Source: Octopus vulgaris (Eukaryota). From it: a stretch of 64,000 nucleotides of DNA. Both the position numbers and the translations under genes were made by a program. Location: positions 15,314,001-15,378,000 of the forward strand of contig OX597821.1 in the NCBI GenBank assembly GCA_951406725.2, written 5' to 3'. Positions 39,434 through 52,317 of this stretch are shown piece after piece (position 1 is the first letter of the stretch; every line of letters begins with the position of its first letter). A model generated the notes under the pieces. It ran no database searches, had not been told where the DNA came from, and saw only the letters and a list, made by a program, of their open reading frames with translations.

Positions 39434-41189
39434 GAATTCTAAATAATGGATGGGAAAATGTTCAATGCTAGTAATTGATAGAAAATTCTGAAAGGAGAAA
39501 AAGAAACTGAAATTTAGAGAGAATCTAAACCCAAGGAAAATACAGTTGTATATTCTACAAATAGAAAGAAAAACTTATTGAGTAATGTAATGGGTACAAT
39601 AATCAAAGAACGCACTGGGGAAAACCATCATTAAGAAGAATCGACTCTCAGATGCATTTCTCAATTGACTCTAATTGTGCCAAGCCAAATAATGTATAAA
39701 GTAACGGTGAAAAAGACTAAACCGAACGCCCCTACTCTGTCAACATCTATAGGAACTGAACAAACACGCGGATACACTCACATACATACATACAAACACA
39801 CACACACTCACACACACATATGTATACGAAACCTTTGCAAGTAGAGGGGTGACAGTGACCTCGATGTTTCCGATTGTTAGCCCGTGTTCGAGAGTCTAAT
39901 GACGGTTAAGAGTTCAAAACTGTGCAGTGACTGTCCCCTCTCTCCTTGTAAAAGTTTATTAAACATGTACTTACCTAAAACGCATTAAGTAATTTTTCAG
40001 TTTAATGTTAATTTGACATAATAGTAATCGTTAATATATATTGTTGATCTCATAAGAATTTAGACTCTTCGAGGGCAGGTACACAATTTGTTTAGGAACG
40101 GTGAAACACGACGGTTGTAAGTAATTCCAGCTATAGATTGGTTAACAAAAACCTTTGCATGGGAAACCCTAAGGATATCTTTGAGACACGAATCCACATA
40201 ATTTGTAAACATTTTATTATGTCATTGGATCAAGGATTTCGTCGAATGTCTCTATCCGTTTTAGATATTCTTACTAGAATTGCAAACTATTGATGTCATA
40301 CGTGTCTTGAAACTTCGAAAGTAATTCATTTTGTAATTCATGGATTAATTCATTTTGGGAATGGTGAAATTTGAAGTCGATCAAAATATAATTTATGTAT
40401 GTACATATATGTATTACAGTGAATCTATCCGCTCCTTGTACTATGTATTTCGCTCAAATAGTTGATTTGGCCAGTTTTAAGCGGGAACATACAAGTATTA
40501 TAAATACACAGTAATTTTGCTTCTTTGATTTCCTCTAATTAAAATATAAATGTATGTTGATCAAAGACTATTTTTATTCTTGATCATAAAAATTTTAATG
40601 TGTAGCTGTCAACGTTGCATCTTACAAGCATATGGCAACAGATACATAACACGCATTAACTACATTGATCATTAATAACTTTGTTATCGTCCGATTGAGC
40701 CTAGTAAATGGCTCACACTACTTAAAATATCAACCTAAAATTGAGATTGCCGTAACGTTTTAAATGTCAATAGACAACACGTAATCTTTTTAAGAGATTT
40801 AGATTATCATATGACAAATAGTGCTCTACTATGTCTGGAAAAATAAAGTAGATTTTAGACAAATAATCCTTCAGTCTTCGTAGGAAGACTAGAGATAAGA
40901 TTTGTTTATACAAGCATAGTTACATAAATATTATGTCAGTTAAGTGTCCGCTAAGTTTATTATTCTTCTCATGTGTTTTTAGTACGATAAAAGCTTTATT
41001 CATTTATTTGGAGATGTGTATTTTGTTCGTTTTTGAACGGCATAGGTGATTTTAAACAGAAGCCATGTCAAGCCGACTGATTTGATTTTCCATAGAATTC
41101 TTGGTTCATCCTGTGGCTGAAAAATAGTTTAAGTGGGAGGAGATAACGGTCCGATCAGGGCATGGTAACTATCACTTGCTACTGGTTGT

Positions 41190-42410
41190 ATGGAAGGTAA
41201 AGAGCGAGCCTTTATGTGCTAGAAATACAAATCAAATCTCACTGAAATTATGCATTGCATCTTAATAATAAAAAAAACGCATTTCACATTGTAATCTAGA
41301 TACTTCAAATGATCGGGATAACCCTATGTGGATTGAATTTAATCACAGATTTTCTCAGTTAGGGCTAACCTGGTGACGCACGAACAGAAGACGTTAGCCC
41401 GTATGATTTAAGTCCTGTTTCCACTCATCTAAAATTGATTTCAGACAGCCACGAGTAGAAAGGCAAGCATCAACTGACATTTTATCCACGCAAAAACGCA
41501 AGATGCAGCAATGAATTTGTAGTGGAGAAGTTCGCTTGGTAGTCACATGGTTTCTGGTTCAGTCCCACACCATGCGGGGTGCCTTGTCCGACAGCATGTA
41601 ACATCAACTGTAACTACTAGTGACCAAAGTCTTGTGTGAGTGAAATAAGCAAATGATAAACGCTTAATTAACTGTCAGTGGATTGCACTAATATCATGAA
41701 TATAACTTAAAAGCAAGTAGTTTTACGACCGCGTCTAGTGATGGAATATAATCGTGGCAACCTTTGTGATCCTCGACAGCAAATTAATTATATTGAATAT
41801 AATCCTGTAGCTTTTATGAGAAAATGATACATTATACTATTTATGATATTCTGAACCATTTTAAGTAATAATACATGGTTTTAATAATGGAATGGAATTT
41901 GGCTAAAAAGCTTGATAGTTTTAGAACTTGACAACATTTCAGAATATCCTATTAACTCGTTCTTGCTTTTTTTTCTCCAATTATGCAGAATGATCTATAC
42001 TGAAGAGCATATAATAGCAGGATTTAGAAGTAAGGATTTCGAGCGTAAGTACCATATAATGTAAAGGGAGGGGGTTATCTGGTCGCTCAATCTATTATCA
42101 ATAACAATCTGAAACTTCACCATACTGTCTAGAGAAATATATGAATGTATTGGATAATGTGGTCTAGCTTAGTCTTAAAACGTTAAAATGACTGGATAGT
42201 CACGGAATGAAAGGCGCTGATCATAGATTTCCTTAATCAGAGCTGGTCTAAGACTAAACAACCGCAAAAACTGCATTCGAGAGTAACTGTGATGTTGTGT
42301 AGTTGCTAATATGCCTCATATCACAACTTAAAAATGGAATGGTTACCTTACACAATCTTAGGTATCCAGTGTCTACAAATCCATGGGATGGTCATGACTG
42401 GAATACATTT
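41190..42410 (+). repeat. Cluster of old, degraded SINE-like copies
   Basis: Recurrent aaatctc.ct.aaat.a..c and agggct.acctgg.gct.aacaac-like blocks near 41230-41380, 42070-42262 and 42300-42410; related to 62050-62265. Confidence 0.4.
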
Positions 42411-42791
42411 CATTGTAGCACTGCTCACACAATTGTAACTGATTACATACTAAGAATGAATGATAAACATCTTAATGCTCTTGTATTTATACTAAATATA
42501 TTTACAGAAATGTAACCTGCAGGTAATTTTCATTAGAGTTAATGAAAGTTAGAGGTCAAACGTATATAAGATAAAACCAGTAATGTAATAAATTTGCATA
42601 TATTTCGCAGATAATGAGAGAATATACAATAATTTCATTGCGAACACTGGCGATCATTTTGCTGTGTCTAGGGAGAGTCATTAGACCAATATCATTTACA
42701 CACGCACCGTTTCAAATTCACTATTTTATCATTAGTCAATCCAACTACATAATCGATTGCTTGTTTAACTTGGTTAAGCATTAAGTATCAT

Positions 42792-43561
42792 TACTCTTTT
42801 ACTTGTTTCAGTCATTTGACTGCGGCCATGCTGGAGCACCGCCTTTAGTCGAGCAAATCGACCCCGGGACTTATTCTTTGTAAGCCGAGTACTTATTCTA
42901 TTGGTTTCTTTTGCCAAACCGCTAAGTGACGGGGACGTAAACACACCAGCATCGGTTGTCAAGCAATACTAGGGGGACAAACACAGACACACAAACGTAT
43001 ACACACACACACACTTATATCTCTCTATATATAAACGGCAGTTTGTCTGTGCGTGTTTCTGTGTGTCTGTTTGCTTGTACCCTCACCCTGACCACGGCTT
43101 TCAACCGATTCTGATGAAACTTGACACACACATAGCCCAATGTCATAATTCAAAACTAACGCAGCGACAATTTTGAAAAGTTCCCCCAGTTCTGAAAAAA
43201 ATCGATAAATTCGACATGGGGTCGAGAATCAGAAACACAAACCGCAAACTGTCTAGGGGACGCAACTCCACCTTTTTTAACTAAAAAAAAATTTACCATC
43301 ATTTTTTTCCATTTTTTTGCTATTTTTTGGCTATAACTCTCTAAAAATGCTTTATAGTTATTTCCCTTACAAACCTGAGCAACGCCGGGCGATACTGCTA
43401 GTATACATATATACGACGGGCTTCTTTCAGTTTCCGTCTTCCAAATCCACTCACAAGGCATTGGTCGGCCTGGGGCTATAGCAGAAGACACCAAGATGCC
43501 ACGCAGTAGGACTGAACCCGGAACCATGTGGCTGGTTAGCAAGCTACTTAACACACAGCCA
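42792..43561 (-). mobile_element. SINE family A interrupted by a Helitron
   Basis: Tail half 42792-43019 and head half 43402-43561 rejoin to match 45418-45789. Confidence 0.9.
43020..43401 (+). mobile_element. Non-autonomous Helitron nested in the SINE A microsatellite
   Basis: A|TC...cctgagcaacgccggg...CTAG|T; 3' ~120 bp shared with the 31165 copy, 5' part different. Confidence 0.9.
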
Positions 43562-43812
43562 TTTAAAAATTTTGTCGTATATAAGAATATTTTTTGTCTC
43601 GTTCATCTTTACACAAGGTGTAACTGCGGCTGTTTATTTTAAATTTAAAGTGCTCACTTCGAATCCACGTGAATTCTGGTTCAATTCTACAGCGTAGTAC
43701 CTCGGAGTACGGATTTCAGCTAAAGCCCCGGGCTGACCGATACCTTCTGTGTGTGAATGTAATTGACGAAATCATATATAAATATATATATATATGTGTG
43801 TGTATGAATGTG

Positions 43813-43843
<31 letters not shown>

Positions 43844-44284
43844 GTGCGTGTGTGTTTAAGTTTGTGTACATGTGTCTTTGTGTTTGTATGTGTAGTTGTG
43901 TGTATGTTCGTTCGCATGTGTGTGTATGTATTTCACTGTTTGACAGCCGGTGGAGTTTTTTTTTTATGTGACCATACATCAAACTGAGAAATCAAAGAAA
44001 TCGTTGGAAAAAGCAACCCGCTGAAAATGAAAATAAAACAAACATATCAAGTTAGTGCCCCAGAATGGCCGGCATTCACTAGCTGTAAATGTAAATGATC
44101 ATCATTTATAGTTATTGTATTACGCCTCAAGAAAAAGTATATTTATCTCACCAGCACAGAAACAGAAACATCTGTATTATATACAATAACAAACAGGTAT
44201 CGATCTTGGTCAAATCAAATCTTTACAAACATTAGCTCCTGTATTATAACCTCTGCACAGAATTACAGCAGGCGCTTAAGAAAA

Positions 44285-44679
44285 TCTTTATATGAAAGTG
44301 AAGTTGTGTGTCTGTCTCCTACGATTTAGATTCCTAACTACACCCACATTTTGCGGTGCAGTGTAACCAAAAGTGGGTATCTTATAGTCGTGATTCATAT
44401 CGAGCCCTTCTGGGTATTAGCGCGCGTCTACGATGAGTCTACGATTTTAAAAAAAAATTACCATAATTTTTCCCCATTTTTAATGCATTTGTTTTGCTAT
44501 TATATAAGGGAAGTAACTCTCTAAAAATGCATTATTAAATCTCAGAACGTAAAAAGCTACAGTAACACACCCTCCTTTGTGGTTAGCATATTGAGATGGC
44601 TATTATACTTTACATCTCTAAAAATGCTTATATAGTTATTTCCCTTACAAACCCGAGCAACGCCGGGCGATACTGCTAG
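44285..44679 (+). mobile_element. Non-autonomous Helitron
   Basis: A|TC start, cccgagcaacgccggg hairpin, CTAG|T end. Confidence 0.9.
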
Positions 44680-45417
44680 TGAAATAGAAATCCATATTAT
44701 AACAAGGGAGATTGGCTTATTCACTTCTTTAAAGGACTGCGTATCAACGAGTTTACCGACTGTAAATGAGGTACTTGAATTCTGAATGGCTAAGAAACGA
44801 GTGAATTTAGATAGAAATATTTTTGGGAACCAATGAATGAAATATAAACACGCTATCTCAGCAAGGTCATGCACACTGTTAATGGCCAGAAATCAAATTT
44901 CATCTTCGTGAAGTTTTAACATTATGTGACAACGTACACGCTAACACATGTATAGAATATTCTTATAAGAAAATCCAAGAAAAAAAAAAAGCAGTAAAAA
45001 AAAAAGCAAAAATCAACAAAAGACAATCTAAAACAACAGTCTATTTAAATATCCGCAATGTTTATCTACTTACAACCATATGTTGACTAGTATTATAAAA
45101 CTATGAATGGGTAATTTCATTCCCGGCAGCAGCTTTCAGCTGAGTGGGGAATCTATCGATTCTGCACACGTTTCACGCAACTTTGAAAGACACACAACAG
45201 ATTTGTACGTCATGGTCATTTTGTGGGGTCATTAATGGTGTCAGTTTGAACTAATTTCTAAACAGTGATTCTTCTCACCGCACATAATACTAACAAAATA
45301 ACTCCAAAACATACAAACATTCGCACACACACACACACACACACACACAATCACACACATTCGCAGATATGCCTGTGCACATACATACATTAATATATAT
45401 ATATATATATATATATT

Positions 45418-45789
45418 TACTCTTTTACTTGTTTCAGTTATTTGACTGCGGCCATGCTGGAGCACCGCCTTTAGTCGAGCAAATCGACCCCGGGACTTAT
45501 TCTTTGTAAGCCCAGTACTTATTCTATCGGTCTCTTTTGCCGAACCGCTAAGTGACGGGGACGTAAACACACCAGCATCGGTTGTCAAGCAATGCTAGGG
45601 GGACAAACACAGACACACAAACATACACACACACACTTATATATATACATATATACCACAGGCTTCCTTCAGTTTCCGTCTACCAAATCCACTCACAAGG
45701 CATTGGTCGGCCCGGCGCTATAGCAGAAGACACTTGCCCAAGATGCCATGTGGTTGGTTAGCAAGCTACTTACCACACAGCCACTCCTG
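45418..45789 (-). mobile_element. SINE family A with a small deletion in the tRNA head
   Basis: Near-identical to the 42792 and 55125 copies; gatgcca|tgtgg junction removes the B box. Confidence 0.9.
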
Positions 45790-46011
45790 TATATATATAC
45801 GTTTATATATATATATATGTATATGTGCATATGTATATGGGGAAAGATAGAAAACATGGTCTCTTGATTCATTCAGTCTAAGGAAGCAGGCAATTAAGGC
45901 AGTTACCGTACAAAATAAATACATGTTTTGTGGTGTTTGAATTCATATATCCTTACATTCGCACAGCCATGCTGCAATGCTGTAGTTTTATCTGCAATTA
46001 TATATAAATCC

Positions 46012-46014
46012 CAT

Positions 46015-46045
<31 letters not shown>

Positions 46046-46460
46046 TACACACACATACACACACACACACACATACACACACACATACACACACATACAC
46101 ACATATACACACACACATACACACACGCACATACACAAACATACACAAACACACATACACACACATACACACATACACACATACACATACACACATATAC
46201 ACACACACATATATACACACATACACACACACATACACACACGCACACATACACAAACACACATACACACACATACACACATACACACACATACACATAC
46301 ACACATATACACACACACATATATACACACATATACACACACACATACACACACATATACACACACACGCACACACTCACACACACATATATATATATAT
46401 ATACACACACATACACACACACATATACACACACATACACACACACACACTCACACACAC

Positions 46461-46492
<32 letters not shown>

Positions 46493-46630
46493 GCACACAC
46501 TCACACACACACACACATACACACACACACGCACACACTCACACACACATATATATATATATACACACACACATACACACACACACATACACACACACGT
46601 ACACACACACGCACACACACACATACACAC

Positions 46631-46695
<65 letters not shown>

Positions 46696-46698
46696 CAT
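46012..46698. repeat. Long compound (CA)/(CATA)/(TA) microsatellite
   Basis: Seen directly; source of the HT/CV ORFs. Confidence 0.95.
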
Positions 46699-48514
46699 AT
46701 TGCTGCTCGTTTCGTCTTAATTACTGTTCTTTATCACTCGCGCCTTTAAGTACTTAAATAAGCAATACTAGCCTCAACAATATCCATATCATATCACGCT
46801 CACCATGTGGTATGAGATAAAAGGAGAAATGCAAGAAGGCAAAACATGATTATGGATTTTTTTTTTTAATGCTGCTCAATGAGATGTGGATCTGTTTGGG
46901 TGGGAAGGTACCAAGAGGTGTCGCAAGGTTTCCTGCCATTGATATTTTATGACTGATTTTGCGGGGTTGTTCTAATATGAAAAAGAGTAATGCAATAACA
47001 ATAACAACAATACTAATCGCTACAAATGAAAATTCAAGAGGCGTATGCATTGACAATTTTTGAAAGGGTTATTCGTTGCCAGTACAGGGTAGAGTAGATT
47101 TGGAGCGGACATTTTCGACTCTTATGAAGGGGTAAATTTTAGGTCACTTCTATAAACCTGTACAGGCGTGTGGACCCAGTGGGGAGATGGAAGCGAAAAC
47201 AAGTGTGGTCTCTGGCAGTAAACACTGAAGTTACGCTACTCTGACAGCATTGATACCATCCATGTAAAAGCTGACACTTGACCCACCGCGTTTTTTTCTG
47301 CTCTTAGAAATAAATAAATGAATAAAAACAAAAAGATTTCTGTATTATTTTTATGGCAAGGCATTCGGATAAGAAAATAAAGATTCTCGTTTAAAATGGC
47401 TGTCCTTTCTAAATGTGTGAGAAATAAATAATTAGACAGGTCACATAATTTGAAATCCAGAATATGAACTGTTAATAAACGAGTAATCAAAAACTGCTTT
47501 TCTCCTGTGGCTGAGATTTTCAGAGAAATTACGATCTTTGGTAAATTTACATGACGACACTGCCACTTAATTAAAAGCTAAATTATTGACTTGCCTTTAT
47601 GGCTATGATCTGATGGAATTACAATCATCCGGGGAGAAGGAAATGTAGAAAGGATTGCCCTTGGTAAAATAAAATTGTTCTTGATTGACTCTGTGCGAGA
47701 TTGCGAGAAGAATGGAATTGGATTATTGCATTGATTATGATTCATCTTATTACTATTTCATTTTAAATACTGAATGTTTGAAACAATTTAAAGTACTTTC
47801 ATACACACGCCTAAGACATTGAAAGCAATTAGCAAATACCAGATGAAAATAAATACTACAATTATCGAACTTCACTGGGCCACCCAGTATAGGCAATTAC
47901 TAAGTCTGAAATTATACAAAACGAGGCACCACATATACTAATGAAACTAGTTGTCGTTATAAGAGTTTTGATAAACTTCGAAAGAACGTTAAAATTTTTT
48001 GGAACAGTGGATCTCGAAGCAGATAAAACTGCAAGTAATAGCGTATAAATGGGGGTAAAAGCACTTAGAAAATGTTGAAAAAACTCGAACACACATCTCT
48101 AAATATGACAGGTGTTCTACTAGACGAAAGACAAATTTAAAGGATTGGTTAGGTCCAGAGGTAGAACGCTTCTCATGTTTACAGAAGATGCAGTTCGACT
48201 CCCACGCAGTGTCTTCGCACTTTTTCTATCCAGAGGGATCTTTATTTTAAAATTTACATGTTATGAACTATAGCATTATATACGTCGAGATCCATTGCTC
48301 GAAAATAAGGAGTTATTTCACTGATAAAACTTGCTAGAGCGATATTCGCTACTGCAGCACTTCTCACTTGAAGACTAAACATTTAAAAATCCCATTAAAC
48401 AAATAAAATATGCTGGAGATGTATTTATTGAAATAGCATTTTCAACATTTACTTTATATGTAATATGGACTGATACGCTCTTAGGATTGCCTTGAACACC
48501 ACAATGCTTCAAAG

Positions 48515-48597
<83 letters not shown>

Positions 48598-48700
48598 TAA
48601 ATATAGAAGAAATTCTCCGCTACCAGCGGTCTAGCGAGAAAGAAAAGATAGTCAAAGACTATATAATATACATTCAACAATATATACTCGTCCTTGGCTT

Positions 48701-48793
48701 CTCTGCTGACGAGGCACGCCAGTTGTAAATAAATTTAATTTAATTTAATTAATTTGTTTACAAAAGTTTACCGAAACTATGCATAGTCCAGAG
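48701..48793 (+). ncRNA. Type-I hammerhead ribozyme, copy 1 (intact core)
   Basis: ctctg-CTGACGA-ggc...acc-GAAA-ctatgcatag-TC-cagag; GTC triplet, predicted cut after 48788. Confidence 0.8.
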
Positions 48794-49170
48794 ATGAAAG
48801 GGGTAAACGTTTTTATTTCTCTTTCAATTTCAGAATTACAACTATTTAGCGGTTTGAGTTTGGCTGCTCTTTCTAGTGAGTCGAATGTCTTATTATGGTC
48901 ATTCCTTATATTGTTGAATGTATATTTTATAGTCTTTGACTATCTTTTCTTTCTCGCTAGACCGCTGGTAGCGGAGAATTTCTTCTAGAAATTTTTGCTA
49001 CCCTTATATTTATTAATTAATGATTTTTTGGCTAATTTTGAAATTAAATCAGCAGTTTATATTTGCTGCTGAGAAGACCGCGCGATTGCGGTAAAATTTT
49101 GAAAATTTAGAGCATATAGACTGGAGGCTTCCTTATCACCGCCTCGTGGATATATGCTCGTCCTAGGCTT

Positions 49171-49263
49171 CTCTGATGACGAGGCACGCCAGTTGTAGAT
49201 AAATTTAATTTAATTTAATTAATTTGTTTACCAAAGTTTGCCGAAACTATGCATAGTCCAGAG
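49171..49263 (+). ncRNA. Type-I hammerhead ribozyme, copy 2 (C3->A)
   Basis: ctctg-ATGACGA-ggca...tgcc-GAAA-ctatgcatag-TC-cagag. Confidence 0.7.
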
Positions 49264-49431
49264 ATGAAAGGGGTAAACGTTTATTTATTTCAAACATTCA
49301 TAAATATACGAATAATGTGAAAACGAATGAAAATGGATTACAGATTGTATGTGTTTGAATGGAAATTAATCGATATTTGGCGATAACTTTGAATATAGAA
49401 ATACACATACTACAAAAATATGCAGGTATAA

Positions 49432-49534
<103 letters not shown>

Positions 49535-49757
49535 TGTAGTAGTAGTAGTTTCTAATTCAGGCACAAGGTCAGCGGTTTTGATGAGAGGTCATTATTGATT
49601 ACATCGACACACTGATTGACTTGTATTTTATTTTTTCGGCTCCCGTTAGGTTGAAAGCCAAATCTAACTTCGACAGAACATGAGCTCAGATAAATTTCAC
49701 CTTTCCCCCGTCCGGTTTCAACAAAATAAAATACCGATTCGATACTATGCTCAATGC

Positions 49758-49809
<52 letters not shown>

Positions 49810-50025
49810 CTTTTCTACTATATGAACAAAGCCTGAAATTTGGGGAGAGAAAACTAGTCGATTATTGATTACATTGACCCCAGTGCGTAAATGGTACTTA
49901 ATTTATCGACCCCTAAAGGGTGAAAGGCAATGTCATCTTCGGTAAACTTTGAACTCAGAATGTAAAACGAGAGGAAATGCTGCTGAGCATATTGTGAAAC
50001 GTGCGAACGATTCTGCCACCTCACC
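49810..50025 (-). mobile_element. SINE family B, tail type 2, in (TAA)n
   Basis: ctttctactata...gcctgaaatttgggg...ggtacttaatttatcgacccc. Confidence 0.8.
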
Positions 50026-50043
50026 GGTCTAATAATAATAACA

Positions 50044-50540
50044 ATTTCCAGTGAAATGCAGTCAACATCTGCAAATGGATCCAGATTAACCGACCAGACA
50101 TAGTCATTAAAGATTGGGAAGCAGATATTTTTAGACCAATAGATGTAAGTGCTTCCACTGATGAAAATATATTTGTAAATGAGTTTGACAAATTAAGTAA
50201 ATATATTGAAATGCAAAAGATAAGGAATCTTAAAGTGAAAACTGATCCTGTTATTGAAGGTGCCCTAAGTATGATATGAAAGAGATAAGAGAAACATATG
50301 GGTAATATTCCAGAAGAACTTTGTCTCAGAGAAATCCGAAAAATTGTGCTGACAAGTACTGTCCACATCCTTAGAAAACCCCATCAATTTAAATATCTGA
50401 AGATATTTGGCAACTGCCCCTGCAAACTCCCCCCCCCCAAGCTTTCAGTCATACTGTAACATCTTTCATCGTTCACTCACGCTAGGACGCTGGATGTGTC
50501 TCGGCAAACGATTGTAACAAATATGAAGATTGAAAGTAAA
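50044..50540 (+). mobile_element. R4/Dong-like LINE 3' fragment with stop codons
   Basis: INRPDIVIKDW...IDVS...EFDKLSKY...PVIEGAL...IRKIVLTSTVHILRK is a restriction-like endonuclease C-terminus; flanked by TAA runs. Confidence 0.85.
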
Positions 50541-50548
50541 TAATGATG

Positions 50549-50607
<59 letters not shown>

Positions 50608-50608
<1 letters not shown>

Positions 50609-51185
50609 TGGAATGCTTGTAAATACTACAAAATTAAATCCCATGATAAGTGGTACAGGCACCATCCAGAGGATGTAGTAAATGGCGAGGGTGTCACCAT
50701 CCTATGGAACGTCCCAATACAAACAGACAGAAAAATTGACACCAATCGACCAGACATTGTGATCAAGGAGTACAAAAGAGGAATTTGTCTGTTAATAGAT
50801 CTATCTGTCCCACAAGATGAAAATGTCTCAAGAAGGAAATACGAAAAGCTTTCTTACTATGAAGTTCTGCAAGTTGAAATCGCTAAATTGTGGAAGCTTA
50901 GTACTACGATAATACCAGTAGTAATGTTGCATGGGAAGGATAAAGAAGAGAGCTGAGAAGTATAGTAAGCATCTCCCTAATAACTCCAATCTCCGTGAAC
51001 TACAAAAAATAACTTTGATAGGTACATCCCATACACGACGGAAAGCACTCTCCATCTAAAATAGAATAAATGTGGTGATAAATTTAGCATGCATAGCATA
51101 ACAAAAGTCCCTTGCAACTCTTGGCCTCCGGAGAATGCCCGGTACTAAGGCAGCTGAAATAAAGTTATAATGAAAAGAAACCATA

Positions 51186-51186
<1 letters not shown>
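50608..51186 (+). mobile_element. R4/Dong-like LINE 3' fragment, a second family
   Basis: WYRHHPEDVV...ILWNVPIQTDRKIDTNRPDIVI...LIDLSVP...EKLSYY; ORF ends near 51058; (TAA)n on both sides. Confidence 0.9.
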
Positions 51187-51244
<58 letters not shown>

Positions 51245-51986
51245 TGATGATGATGATGATGATGATAATAATAATAACAATAACAACAACAACAACAAAA
51301 ATAAAAACAGCAATAATAATAATGCTTTTTAGTTCAGCTTACATACGTGACTGAGTTTGTAATTTATTCGTTTTCTAATTCATTTAAGTGAACAGACTGC
51401 AACGTATTAGTAATATTTATTTTATCAGTTTCGAAAGATAGAAATCAGCATTGACACCGTAGAGGATTGGATTGCAAACAATGGAGGAACGAAGTAGATA
51501 GCTTAAGGTATAGTATAAGGCCATCACTTATATCGACCATCTCTTGTTGTTGCAATGACAGTTATTTTAGATGATTTTTGTATTAGATTAAGTGTCGACC
51601 TCGTTGTATTCCTGACGCCTGAATCATTGACTGCAAGCGACATCATTCACTGCGATCACCTTTTCTGCCTCCATTATGTCCGCCATCAGAATCAACAGAC
51701 GTACACGAATAGGCTGGACAATGGAGAAAGCCCATGTCGAGATTGTCACACTGCATCTCATACATGCTAAATACTGTTTATCGTTGTAAGCAACATAGCA
51801 ACATAGTTATTTGTCTACTCCTTCGGAATTGACCATGGGGCAATACGATAAAACATGAGAATACTTCTGCTTAAACGAATACAGACGAATGAATAAAAAT
51901 ATTATGTGGCATTTAGTTTAAGGCCAAAATAATAATTTCTGGAGATCCCAGTGAATTTAATGTAAATAATAATGATGATATAATAG

Positions 51987-52018
<32 letters not shown>

Positions 52019-52022
52019 GTAA

Positions 52023-52228
52023 TCACTCAAGTACCAGCATGACTAAAAAAGATCGGTGCAAGTGTGAAGGTAGAACACCCACAAAAATCAGCTTTGCTTG
52101 GAACTGCAAGAATTCTTCGCAGTGTTCTTGAAGTATGAGCAGTAAATAAGTGTCACCTTAGTCTGCTGGCTGTGGACAGCTGACACTTTCCATCGAACCC
52201 AGCAAACTAAGCCGTGGTTTTTCATCAC

Positions 52229-52229
<1 letters not shown>
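52023..52229 (+). mobile_element. R4/Dong-like LINE extreme 3' end, a third family
   Basis: QKSALLGTARILRSVLEV* followed by a short 3' UTR; (TAA)n on both sides. Confidence 0.8.
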
Positions 52230-52283
<54 letters not shown>

Positions 52284-52317
52284 TGATAATAATAATAATA
52301 ATTATTATTATTATTAT

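Larger units (their letters stand above)
48593..49290 (+). mobile_element. Penelope-pLTR / retrozyme-like element: 470-bp period with two hammerheads and an inverted 5' segment
   Basis: Direct repeat 48681-48813 / 49151-49283; inverted repeat 48604-48684 / 48907-48987; begins at a (TA)n array. Confidence 0.8.

Noticed and set aside
47165-47225. GVWTQWG peptide resembling a TSP1 repeat start
   Set aside because: Followed at once by a stop; lacks the rest of the motif and a donor site.
48145-48215. tRNA-like A/B boxes (gtccagaggtag...gttcgactcc)
   Set aside because: No cloverleaf pairing; at best an old SINE head.
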